A stretch of DNA of 41,001 nucleotides from positions 1-41,001 of the forward strand of contig CAMBJF010000001.1 in the NCBI GenBank assembly GCA_945867875.1. The letters are read 5' to 3'. A program made the position numbers and the translations under genes. Positions 18,823 through 29,002 of the stretch are shown one piece after another (the first letter of the stretch is position 1; every line of letters starts with the position of its first letter). The stretch comes from an uncultured Ruminococcus sp. (lineage in GTDB: Bacteria > Bacillota > Clostridia > Oscillospirales > Ruminococcaceae). The notes below the pieces were generated by a model. The model did not search any database and was not told the origin of the DNA. It worked only from the letters and a program-made list of their open reading frames with translations.

Positions 18823-20394
18823 GTGTTGTATGTAATTCTCGCAGTTTACCTTGCTGTAATGATAGGCATAGGTGTTTACTGCCACAAAAAGACCTCTTCG
18901 GTGTCGGATTTCGTTCTCGGCGGAAGAAGCGTGGGCGGCTGGATAACCGCTTTCGCCTACGGAACATCATATTTTTCCGCAGTCGTGTTCATCGGCTATG
19001 CCGGACAGTTCGGCTGGAGCTACGGCGTTTCGGCGGCGTGGATAGGCATAGGAAATGCCGTTATCGGCTCAATGCTTGCGTGGATGGTGCTTGGAAAGCG
19101 GACACGAATAATGTCAAAGCATATGAACGCCTCCACAATGCCCGAATTTTTCGAGAAGCGATTTGATTCAAAGGGGCTCAAGACCGTTTCGGCCATCATA
19201 GTTTTCATCTTCCTCATTCCCTACACAGCCTCGGTTTACAACGGACTTTCAAGACTTTTCGGAATGGCTTTCAACATTCCCTATTCCGTCTGTATCATAG
19301 CAATGGCACTGCTCACGGCGGTTTACGTTATCCTCGGCGGCTACAAGGCAACTGCCATCAACGATTTCATTCAGGGCATCATAATGCTTGCGGGCATCGC
19401 AGCTGTGGTTATCTGCGTTATCGCCAGAAAGGGCGGTTTATCCTCTGCACTTGACCAGCTCGGAGCAATATCCGACACAGGCATTCCCGAAAATACCCTC
19501 AACTCCCTTTTCGGACCCGACCCCATAAACCTCATTGGCGTTGTTATCCTCACCTCTCTCGGTACCTGGGGACTTCCTCAGATGGTGCAGAAATTCTACG
19601 CTATCAAGGACGATTCCGCCATTAAAAGAGGTACGGTCATCTCCACACTTTTTGCTCTTGTAGTGGCAGGCGGCTCATATCTTATGGGCGGCTTCGGCAG
19701 GCTTTACGGCAGTGCAGATGAAGCTGAGGCAGCAGCAACGGGCAGGGCATTCATCGAAAGAGGAGCAAACGGCAAGCTTGTCTATGACTCTATCGTCCCC
19801 GAAATGCTCCGTGAGGCACTCCCCGAGCTTCTTATCGGAATAGTTGTGGTGTTGGTGCTTTCCGCATCAATGTCCACACTTTCCTCCCTCGTTCTCACAT
19901 CAAGCTCCACCCTTACCATTGACCTTATCAAGCCCAATGTCAAGGGCGGAATGGACGATAAAAAGCAGGTGCTCACAATGAGGATACTCATTGCCGCATT
20001 CCTTGTCCTTTCCGTAGTCATTGCCCTGAACCCCAACACCTACATCAGCACCCTTATGTCCATATCCTGGGGCGCACTTGCAGGCGCATTCCTTGCCCCC
20101 TTTATGTACGGACTCTTCTCCAAGAAGATAACCAAGGCAGCGGTTTGGACAAGCTTTGTTACGGGTGTGGGCATTACCGTTATCCATATGGTTATATTCA
20201 GTCTCGGCTTCTTCCCCGATGCGACCAAGGCAGTGGCATCACTCAAGCTCAATATGGCATCTCCCATCAATGCGGGAGCTATTGCAATGATAGTGGGACT
20301 TATCGTTGTGCCCCTTGTAAGCTCTTTTACAAAGGTAAAGGACACGGAATATGTTGACAAGCTTTTTGCCGAGTGCAAAAGCGATGCAGAATAA
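18823..20394 (+). CDS. Sodium:solute symporter (SSS family, PutP/PanF-like)
   Basis: DFVLGGRS, TMPEFFEKRF, YVILGG, GLPQMVQKFY and SASMST motifs; about 13 TM segments. Confidence 0.92.
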   Translation: MLYVILAVYLAVMIGIGVYCHKKTSSVSDFVLGGRSVGGWITAFAYGTSYFSAVVFIGYAGQFGWSYGVSAAWIGIGNAVIGSMLAWMVLGKRTRIMSKHMNASTMPEFFEKRFDSKGLKTVSAIIVFIFLIPYTASVYNGLSRLFGMAFNIPYSVCIIAMALLTAVYVILGGYKATAINDFIQGIIMLAGIAAVVICVIARKGGLSSALDQLGAISDTGIPENTLNSLFGPDPINLIGVVILTSLGTWGLPQMVQKFYAIKDDSAIKRGTVISTLFALVVAGGSYLMGGFGRLYGSADEAEAAATGRAFIERGANGKLVYDSIVPEMLREALPELLIGIVVVLVLSASMSTLSSLVLTSSSTLTIDLIKPNVKGGMDDKKQVLTMRILIAAFLVLSVVIALNPNTYISTLMSISWGALAGAFLAPFMYGLFSKKITKAAVWTSFVTGVGITVIHMVIFSLGFFPDATKAVASLKLNMASPINAGAIAMIVGLIVVPLVSSFTKVKDTEYVDKLFAECKSDAE

Positions 20395-20401
20395 TTAAAG
20401 G

Positions 20402-20440
20402 AAATCCCGTCATTTTCACATTGAGAATGACGGGATTTTT
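20402..20440. terminator. Bidirectional terminator (symporter / GNAT)
   Basis: AAATCCCGTCATT.TCA / TGA.AATGACGGGATTT stem with T tract. Confidence 0.8.
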
Positions 20441-20446
20441 CTATAT

Positions 20447-21042
20447 TCACTTCTTTACCAGATCATACAAATAAGAGCTGTCATCAAGCTTTCTTGTCCG
20501 CACATTTCCATTCCGAGGTGAACATACTTATCACGCTTGAGCACCGCATCTGTCTCCAGCAGAACGGGGCAGCCACGCTTTCTGCCCTCCTCAAAGGCGA
20601 TATCAAGCACCTTACGCATATACCCCTGACCCTGATACTCCTTTTTCACAGCCACAAGACCCACGAAAATATACGGCTTCTTTGACTTTTTCACGGCTGT
20701 CTCATAAGATTCGCCTCCCTTGCTGATATACTTTACCATTCTCACAGCACCGCCGAAGCCCATAGTTTTGAATATGTACTTCATCAGTATCATACCCGCT
20801 GAAAGTGGCAGATTGTCCTTTGAATATCTGTACGCAATGAATGCCTCGTGCTTCTCGCTTGTGCTGTAGAGACACCCTGCCGCAAGCATTGCACGGACAT
20901 ATCCGCAGATATACTCCTTAACATCATCACAGCTCTTATAAAAAAGCGCCATACCCTTTTCCCCGTCCGCATATGCATAATCCGCAAAAGCCTCGCCGAT
21001 AGCTTCGATATCCTTTTCGCTGAGAGTCGTTACCTTTACCAT
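20447..21042 (-). CDS. GNAT family N-acetyltransferase with probable 1-nt frameshift near the 3' end
   Basis: LVAVKKEYQGQGY motif A and LLETD; the ORF as read stops at 20455, the alternative frame gives RKLDDSSYLYDLVKK ending at 20447. Confidence 0.8.
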
Positions 21043-21086
21043 AATATCACTCCTGTTATGTGGTTGTCTAATGCTAACTGATATTG

Positions 21087-21115
21087 ATTATAACATATAG
21101 GGAGGAAAATTGCAA
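21087..21115 (-). promoter_or_regulatory. sigma-A promoter for the GNAT gene
   Basis: TTGCAA-17nt-TATAAT with extended TG on the minus strand. Confidence 0.65.
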
Positions 21116-21116
21116 G

Positions 21117-21152
21117 AAAAAACCGACTGAACCTGTAAAAAATTCAGTCGGT
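21117..21152 (-). terminator. Intrinsic terminator of the DEAD-box helicase gene
   Basis: ACCGACTGAA/TTCAGTCGGT stem followed by a U-tract on the minus strand. Confidence 0.8.
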
Positions 21153-21175
21153 CATCTTTATATTATGTGTATTTC

Positions 21176-22909
21176 TCAGCTTCTGGGTCTTGCTCCTGGA
21201 TTATTGCGTCCGCCGCCCTTGCCACGGAAATTGCCGCCTTTTCCACGGCTGTTTCCGCCCTTGCGGTAGCCGCCCTGACGGTGGGAGTGCCTGTCGTCCT
21301 CAAAACGCTCGGCTCTGCCCTCATAAGGCTTGACGGTTATTTTCTGACCGTTTATCTTGGTGCCTGCCATAGAATCAAGGATATGCTCCTTGTCGGCTTC
21401 GGGCACTTCTACGGTTGTGAAGCGGTCGTAAATGTCAATCTTGCCGAAGCTCTTTCCGGGCATTCCCGTTGCATCAACAAGTGCACCGAGAACGAAATTT
21501 GGAGCGAGACGGCTGGAGCGTCCTGCGGATATTTCAAGCTTGACGGTCTTTCCCTTGCCGCCCCTGCCCTTGGGAGCAGTGTCCCTGGGAGCGGAGAATG
21601 CGATGTCGGGGATATTCTTTATCTCGCCCGATGTTTTCATTCCGAGAAGTGCAGCGGCGATGTCCTCGGCGGACAGACCGTTTTCGTTCATAAGGCGCTC
21701 GACCTCGGAGCGGTACTTTTCGTACTTTCCGCTCTCGCAGTTTGAAACTATCTTCTCATTTATGCGCTGGGTCTTGCGCTTAACTATTTCGTCCCTTGTG
21801 GGGAGATCAGCTCTTGCAATATCGGTCTTGATGAACTTGGAGATGTCTCTTAGCTCATAGAATTGCTTTCTGCCGCTGATAATGGTGTATGCAGCACCGC
21901 TCTTGCCCGCTCTGCCCGTTCTGCCGATACGGTGAATGTAGTATTCGTTATCCTGAGGGAGGTCGTAGTTGAAAACAGCGTCAACATCGTCAACGTCAAT
22001 GCCTCTTGCGGCAACGTCCGTAGCGATGAGCACGTTTATAGCTCCCGATTTAAAAGCATTCAGCACCTGAGTCCTGCTCTGCTGCTTCATATCGCCGTGC
22101 AGTCCCGAAGCCTTGAAGCCCTTGGAAACAAGCGCATCTGTAAGCTCGTCCACCATTTTCTTGGTGTTGCAGAAAACCATTGAAAGGCGTGGCTCATAAG
22201 CGATAAGGAGCATTCTCAGGGCATCGGTCTTTCTGCCCATAGGAACTTCAAAATATTTTTGCTCTATGCTGTCAACGGTGCGGGCCTTGCTCTCCACCTT
22301 TATGACTACAGGGTCGGTCTGATACTGCTTTGTTATAGCCATTATCGGAGGGGGCATAGTTGCGGAGAAAAGCACGGTCTGACGCTCTTCGGGAACATAC
22401 TGGAGGATAGTTTCGATATCCTCACGGAAGCCCATATTGAGCATCTCGTCCGCTTCATCGAGGATAATAGTGCGGAGGTCGTCAAGGCGGAGAGTTTTTC
22501 TGCCGATGTGGTCCATAACACGTCCCGGAGTGCCCACAACGATGTTTGCGCCACGCTTTAATTCACCAATCTGTCTGTCCATAGCAGCGCCGCCGTAAAC
22601 CGCACAGGGGCGCACCCAGGGCATATATGCGGAAAATTTTCTTATTTCGTCGCACGCCTGCATAGCAAGCTCACGGGTGGGGCAGAGCACAAGCACCTGC
22701 ACGCCCTTGATGCTCTTGTCAATATTTGTGATAGCGGGAATGCCGAAAGCGGCAGTTTTGCCTGTTCCTGTGTTGGATTTGCCCACAAGGTCACGGCCCT
22801 CCAGCATAACGGGGATAGCCTTTGACTGAATTTCCGTAGCCTCAGTGAAGCCCATTTCCGTGACTGCACGGACAATCTCTTCGGGGAGATCAAGTTCTGT
22901 AAATAACAT
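21176..22909 (-). CDS. deaD: DEAD-box RNA helicase (DeaD/CshA-like, with DbpA-type RNA-binding domain)
   Basis: TGTGKT, PTRELA, TPGR, DEAD, SAT, ARGID, HRIGRTGRAG; C-terminal RBD and RG-rich tail. Confidence 0.92.
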   Translation of the reverse strand: MLFTELDLPEEIVRAVTEMGFTEATEIQSKAIPVMLEGRDLVGKSNTGTGKTAAFGIPAITNIDKSIKGVQVLVLCPTRELAMQACDEIRKFSAYMPWVRPCAVYGGAAMDRQIGELKRGANIVVGTPGRVMDHIGRKTLRLDDLRTIILDEADEMLNMGFREDIETILQYVPEERQTVLFSATMPPPIMAITKQYQTDPVVIKVESKARTVDSIEQKYFEVPMGRKTDALRMLLIAYEPRLSMVFCNTKKMVDELTDALVSKGFKASGLHGDMKQQSRTQVLNAFKSGAINVLIATDVAARGIDVDDVDAVFNYDLPQDNEYYIHRIGRTGRAGKSGAAYTIISGRKQFYELRDISKFIKTDIARADLPTRDEIVKRKTQRINEKIVSNCESGKYEKYRSEVERLMNENGLSAEDIAAALLGMKTSGEIKNIPDIAFSAPRDTAPKGRGGKGKTVKLEISAGRSSRLAPNFVLGALVDATGMPGKSFGKIDIYDRFTTVEVPEADKEHILDSMAGTKINGQKITVKPYEGRAERFEDDRHSHRQGGYRKGGNSRGKGGNFRGKGGGRNNPGARPRS

Positions 22910-22967
22910 TAAGTTTTCCTTTCGTAATTCAAATGTATATATATTCTTCCGGATTAACTAAAATAAT

Positions 22968-22997
22968 ATTATAGCATACTTATTTATACGATGTCAA
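22968..22997 (-). promoter_or_regulatory. sigma-A promoter for the DEAD-box helicase
   Basis: TTGACA-18nt-TATAAT with extended TG on the minus strand. Confidence 0.7.
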
Positions 22998-23128
22998 CAA
23001 ATTTTGAGGCGGCAAATTGTTAATTTAGTAAAAATATAGTCGGAATATTTTTGGACACAATCAAAATGCCTTTAATTGGGGACTAAAGGAACAAATGTAA
23101 ACAAAATGTTAATTCAATTTTTTATACC

Positions 23129-23156
23129 TTGAAAACACTATATATTGTGGTATAAT
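23129..23156 (+). promoter_or_regulatory. sigma-A promoter for the 88-aa NrdD-like gene
   Basis: TTGAAA-16nt-TATAAT with extended TG. Confidence 0.75.
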
Positions 23157-23183
23157 AAAAAGGTCGGCACTAAATCTTGCGGT
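23135..23183 (+). promoter_or_regulatory. Tandem NrdR boxes
   Basis: ACACTATATATTGTGG (23135-23150, filling the promoter spacer) and GCACTAAATCTTGCGG (23168-23183), matching the consensus acaCwAtATaTwGtg. Confidence 0.8.
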
Positions 23184-23202
23184 TTGAAAGGATGATCGGT
23201 AA

Positions 23203-23469
23203 ATGAACATTAACGTTACAGGCGGCGAGCTTTCCGAAAAAGAGCTTCAGGCATACATCAGACACGGTGAGGAAAATTATCCCGACAAGATAATTACAGG
23301 CATCGACATAGCTCTTGACGGCGATTTTGTTGACCTTAAATATTATTTTGAAAGTATCCCCTTTGACCGCATCAGGCGCATCACAGGCTATCTTGTGGGC
23401 ACTCTTGACCGCTTCAATGACGCAAAGCGTGCAGAGGTAATGGACAGAGTAAAGCACGGCAGCTGCTGA
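23203..23469 (+). CDS. Stand-alone protein carrying the C-terminal glycyl-radical motif of anaerobic ribonucleotide reductase NrdD
   Basis: FDRIRRITGYLVGTLDRFNDAKRAEVMDRVKH matches the NrdD C-terminus; own promoter, GAAAGGA RBS and terminator. Confidence 0.85.
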   Translation: MNINVTGGELSEKELQAYIRHGEENYPDKIITGIDIALDGDFVDLKYYFESIPFDRIRRITGYLVGTLDRFNDAKRAEVMDRVKHGSC

Positions 23470-23483
23470 TTATAGTATCAAAC

Positions 23484-23517
23484 GGGTCTGCACCTTATAA
23501 AGTGCAGGCTCTTTTTT
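23484..23517 (+). terminator. Intrinsic terminator after the NrdD-like gene
   Basis: GGGTCTGCAC/GTGCAGGCTC stem plus T6. Confidence 0.8.
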
Positions 23518-23528
23518 ATTGCCTCCTG

Positions 23529-23578
23529 TTAGCACTCTCTTTCGGTGACTGTTAGCACTCACATAACAAGACTGCTAA
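23529..23578. promoter_or_regulatory. Two overlapping CIRCE (HrcA) operators upstream of hsp20
   Basis: TTAGCACTC-N9-GACTGTTAG (23529-23555) and TTAGCACTC-N9-GACTGCTAA (23552-23578). Confidence 0.85.
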
Positions 23579-23763
23579 TTTTCATCATTCTTTCACAATT
23601 CTGCTATTGTGTTATCATAATAGGGGGGTATTATAATACTCGTAAACGGGAGGTACCGAAGAGATGAAAAGGTACAGCAAACGCTTACAGATAAATTAAA
23701 AAAATTGAAGCGGTCCGCTCCAAAAAGCAGCCGCTCCTCAAAATATTGAAAGAAGGTAATTTT

Positions 23764-24186
23764 ATGTACGGTTTAACTCCTTTTGAAAAAAGTTTTGGCC
23801 TCTTTGATCCCTTTGCAGAGCTTGACAGAGGATTCTTCAAGGACGGTCAGCGTGTAAACGCCTGCCGCACAGATATCCGAGAGGAAGACGACAAATACGT
23901 AATGGAGTCCGAGCTCCCCGGCTTCAACAAAGAGGATATCACAGTTGATATCTCGGGCACAAGCCTTACGCTCAAAGCCGAGCACTCCGAGAACAATGAT
24001 GAGAAGGACAAGAACGGCAAGTATATCCGCCGTGAGCGTTCCTACGGCTCATATCAGAGGAGCTTCGACATCACGGGCATTGATGCAGACAACATTCACG
24101 CCGATTACAAGAACGGCATTCTTATAATGACACTCCCCAAAAAGAAGCCCGATGTTCCCGCATCACGCCGTCTGGAGATACAGTAA
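23764..24186 (+). CDS. Hsp20/alpha-crystallin small heat-shock protein, copy 1
   Basis: TDIRE, ELPG, RRERSYG.YQRSF, A.YKNGIL...LPK; ATG 23764 after AAGAAGGT. Confidence 0.95.
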   Translation: MYGLTPFEKSFGLFDPFAELDRGFFKDGQRVNACRTDIREEDDKYVMESELPGFNKEDITVDISGTSLTLKAEHSENNDEKDKNGKYIRRERSYGSYQRSFDITGIDADNIHADYKNGILIMTLPKKKPDVPASRRLEIQ

Positions 24187-24248
24187 TTCAGACTGATACT
24201 TCCATCAAGGCAGCTCCCAATGATACATATATGAAAGAGGGTAATTTT

Positions 24249-24671
24249 ATGTACGGTTTAACTCCTTTTGAAAAGAATTTTGGTCTCTTTGATCCCTTTG
24301 CAGAGCTTGACAGAGGATTCTTCAAGGACGGTCAGCGTGTAAACGCCTGCCGCACAGATATCCGAGAGGAAGACGACAAATACGTAATGGAGTCCGAGCT
24401 CCCCGGCTTCAACAAAGAGGATATCACAGTTGATATCTCGGGCACAAGCCTTACGCTCAAAGCCGAGCACTCCGAGAACAATGATGAGAAGGACAAGAAC
24501 GGCAAGTATATCCGCCGTGAGCGTTCCTACGGCTCATATCAGAGGAGCTTCGACATCACGGGCATTGATGCAGACAACATTCACGCCGATTACAAGAACG
24601 GCATTCTTATAATGACGCTTCCTAAAAAGAAGCCCGATGTTCCCGCATCAAGGAGACTTGAAATCCAGTGA
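24249..24671 (+). CDS. Hsp20/alpha-crystallin small heat-shock protein, copy 2
   Basis: Same protein as copy 1 except S10N. Confidence 0.95.
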   Translation: MYGLTPFEKNFGLFDPFAELDRGFFKDGQRVNACRTDIREEDDKYVMESELPGFNKEDITVDISGTSLTLKAEHSENNDEKDKNGKYIRRERSYGSYQRSFDITGIDADNIHADYKNGILIMTLPKKKPDVPASRRLEIQ

Positions 24672-24713
24672 TGAAGCAGGGGGATTCTTTCCCCTGTTAG
24701 GTGAATAATATCG

Positions 24714-24770
24714 GAAAGACATTTCGGGTCGATCAGATCTATTCTGACCCGATTGACCCGAACGTCTTTC
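24714..24770 (+). terminator. Long hairpin downstream of hsp20 (terminator-like)
   Basis: GAAAGAC..TCGGGTCGATC / GATTGACCCGA..GTCTTTC stem followed by TGTTT; a smaller hairpin lies at 24675-24698. Confidence 0.5.
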
Positions 24771-24856
24771 TGTTTACATATATAATATATTTTGCCGTTA
24801 AATGCCAATGAGAGTTGTGCATAATGATGAAAATACAGCGAATTACATAAAAACAC

Positions 24857-24884
24857 TTGATTTTTTCAGTGGACGTGGTAAAAT
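24857..24884 (+). promoter_or_regulatory. sigma-A promoter of groESL
   Basis: TTGATT-16nt-TAAAAT with extended TG, just upstream of the CIRCE. Confidence 0.65.
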
Positions 24885-24888
24885 ATAT

Positions 24889-25261
<373 letters not shown>

Positions 25262-25280
25262 TCATACTCATCAAATTTAA

Positions 25281-26924
<1,644 letters not shown>

Positions 26925-26965
26925 TAGATGTAATAGATGCCGACTAAAGCAGATAAATAAAATTT

Positions 26966-26998
26966 TCGCCGTACAGGATTTCCTGTACGGCGATTTTT
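26966..26998. terminator. Intrinsic terminator after groEL
   Basis: TCGCCGTACAGGA/TCCTGTACGGCGA inverted repeat plus T5. Confidence 0.85.
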
Positions 26999-27022
26999 GT
27001 TGTTCAAAAATGAAAGGTATTA

Positions 27023-27748
27023 TCAGAAATTTATAGGCAGATAAGCCGCCCCCACAGCCAAAAATACAGCAGGGAGCATATTTGCAACAGAAAGCTTTTT
27101 TCCCCACACAAGATTTATTCCTATGCAGAAGATGAGCACCGAGCCGATAAGGGACAAATATGTAACAGCCGTGTCTGTCATTACAGGCGCAACAAGCTTT
27201 GCAAGGAGCGTTATGCAGCCCTCAAAAACCACAACGGGTATTGCCGAAAATACCGCACCCTTTCCCATTGAAGACGTCATTACCGCAATGATGATAAAGT
27301 CAAGGACAGATTTGACCGCAAGGGTGGAATAATCCCCCAGCAGACCGTCCTGAATAGCTCCCACAATAGCCATAGCGCCGATGGACACGGTTAGGGAGGC
27401 GGTAACAAATGCATTTACAAAGCCGATATCGCCGCTGCTGCCCGTTTTTATTTTCAGCCATTCGCCGAACCGTTCAAAAGCCCGTTCAATTCCAATAAGT
27501 TCGCCGATTATCGTGCCAAGGGCAATGCACAGCACCACAAGCATTGATTTTCCGCTTGATATCACAGCTCCGTCAGTTTTCAGCATACCCTCCATTGTCC
27601 CTGCAATGCCTATGAAAAGTACGCTTATCCCGCAGGCCTTGTTCAGGGAATCCTGCTGCTCCGCTTTAAAAAATTTACCCGTAAAGTGCCCGATGAACCC
27701 GCCTGCGATTATGCTGACGCCGTTTATTATCGTTCCAAGTCCCACCAT
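27023..27748 (-). CDS. DUF554 family membrane protein
   Basis: GTIING, FVTASL..SIGAMAIVG, KSVLD and VANMLPA motifs; hydrophobic. Confidence 0.85.
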   Translation of the reverse strand: MVGLGTIINGVSIIAGGFIGHFTGKFFKAEQQDSLNKACGISVLFIGIAGTMEGMLKTDGAVISSGKSMLVVLCIALGTIIGELIGIERAFERFGEWLKIKTGSSGDIGFVNAFVTASLTVSIGAMAIVGAIQDGLLGDYSTLAVKSVLDFIIIAVMTSSMGKGAVFSAIPVVVFEGCITLLAKLVAPVMTDTAVTYLSLIGSVLIFCIGINLVWGKKLSVANMLPAVFLAVGAAYLPINF

Positions 27749-27766
27749 ATCAAGCCTCTCCTACAT

Positions 27767-27808
27767 AAAAATTCGTGGCGGTTGTATTTCAAACCGCCAC
27801 GGGAAAAA
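27767..27808 (-). terminator. Terminator at the end of the flagellar/chemotaxis operon
   Basis: CGTGGCGGTT/AACCGCCACG stem with A/T tracts immediately after the cheD stop. Confidence 0.7.
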
Positions 27809-28285
27809 TCAAACTCTCTTTGTCGGTCGGGTAGCAGCCCTGACCTCCATAATTCCGTCCTCGCTGTAGAAGAAAACAGTTCTGCCGAAATTAAGCCCCG
27901 TTTCCTCGGCAATGATAGGGATATTGTAAGTGCCGAGGACTTTTTTCACCGCTTCAATGTTTCGTTCACCGATGTTGAAAACGGCTGAATTTGTGCTGAA
28001 CATCTGCGCACCGCCTGCTATTTTTGCAGTAAGGCGATATTTTTTTGCTCCCATATCGCACATTTTCTGAATAAGCTCGGTAATGCCCGTGTCAGCATAT
28101 CGTCTCATATTGTTGTCTGCGGCTGCCCCCGACTCCTTGCTCCACGGCAGCATTATGTGTGCAAGACCTGCTATCTTTGCCTCTGCGTCATAAAGGCAGA
28201 TGCCGATGCAGGAGCCTAATGCATAAGTCGCCAGAACATCGGGACTTTTAACCACATTAAGATCTGCTATACCAATGTTAACCAT
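27809..28285 (-). CDS. cheD: Chemoreceptor glutamine deamidase CheD
   Basis: ALGSCIGICLYD, AHIMLP, RYAD, AKIAGGAQMF, IGERN. Confidence 0.95.
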   Translation of the reverse strand: MVNIGIADLNVVKSPDVLATYALGSCIGICLYDAEAKIAGLAHIMLPWSKESGAAADNNMRRYADTGITELIQKMCDMGAKKYRLTAKIAGGAQMFSTNSAVFNIGERNIEAVKKVLGTYNIPIIAEETGLNFGRTVFFYSEDGIMEVRAATRPTKRV

Positions 28286-28333
28286 TTTCCGTTACACTCC
28301 CCATATGTATTAGCCGCAATGCCGCCTGAGCCG

Positions 28334-28972
28334 TTAAACCTCTATTCCCAGTCTGGAGAACAATGTTTCGAGGGACGAAAGCTCGGGAACAAGTATCATA
28401 TTGCTCTTGACTTCGCTGTTGTCGGAAGAGGAGCCGCCGAAAATGAAGCTGTCATCAATGAAAAGAACGCTGTTGCCTATCTGAGCAAATTCCACAGCGG
28501 GAACAGCGAGTATAGCCCCCGCCATATCAATGCTTATGGTGGGCACGGAGATGTCAATGGTCAGCCCGGTGAGAGATGATATAGCGTTGACATAGGAGCC
28601 TGCCAGAATGTTGCCTATCTCACGGATAAATGAGAGGTCCATTTCGTCAAGTTCGGTGAGGTCGTTTATCTCCTTGCCGAAAACTGCTTTGAGCATCGAG
28701 TTTGCAAAGCTCTTCTGGAGCACATAGAGCATCATTCCGTTGATGTCGCCCTTAAGTCCTACCAGCATTCCGAGGACCACGTTTTCGGGGCCGCCGAGGT
28801 ATTCAACAGACTCGTTGAAATCAAGGAGCTTTACCGTGGGAACGGAAATATCAATGGTCTGACTGAGCATCTGGGAAAGAGAGCTTGCAGCGTTTCCCTG
28901 ACCGATGTTTCCGATCTCTCTCAAAACGTCGAAATGCATAGCGTTGAGCTGGTCCATATTTTTGAGTGACAT
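28334..28972 (-). CDS. cheC: CheY-P phosphatase CheC
   Basis: Two EIGNI motifs, DMAGAIL, adjacent to cheD. Confidence 0.93.
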   Translation of the reverse strand: MSLKNMDQLNAMHFDVLREIGNIGQGNAASSLSQMLSQTIDISVPTVKLLDFNESVEYLGGPENVVLGMLVGLKGDINGMMLYVLQKSFANSMLKAVFGKEINDLTELDEMDLSFIREIGNILAGSYVNAISSLTGLTIDISVPTISIDMAGAILAVPAVEFAQIGNSVLFIDDSFIFGGSSSDNSEVKSNMILVPELSSLETLFSRLGIEV

Positions 28973-29002
28973 AGTATCATAGCCTTTCTGTAGGAGAAGA
29001 AA

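Larger units (their letters stand above)
23746..24671 (+). repeat. Tandem duplication of hsp20 (485-bp offset)
   Basis: 23800-24131 is identical to 24285-24616; the RBS region is also duplicated. Confidence 0.95.

Noticed and set aside
23037-23100. AT-rich deaD/NrdD-like intergenic region as an ncRNA or Rex site (also TTGTTAATTTAGTAAAAA near 23017-23034)
   Set aside because: No convincing stem structure, and the Rex-like palindrome has two mismatches in its right arm within AT-rich DNA.
24714-24770. Long hairpin as a REP/MITE or CRISPR-type repeat
   Set aside because: Single copy in the window with no target-site duplication or spacers; more simply a terminator-like structure.
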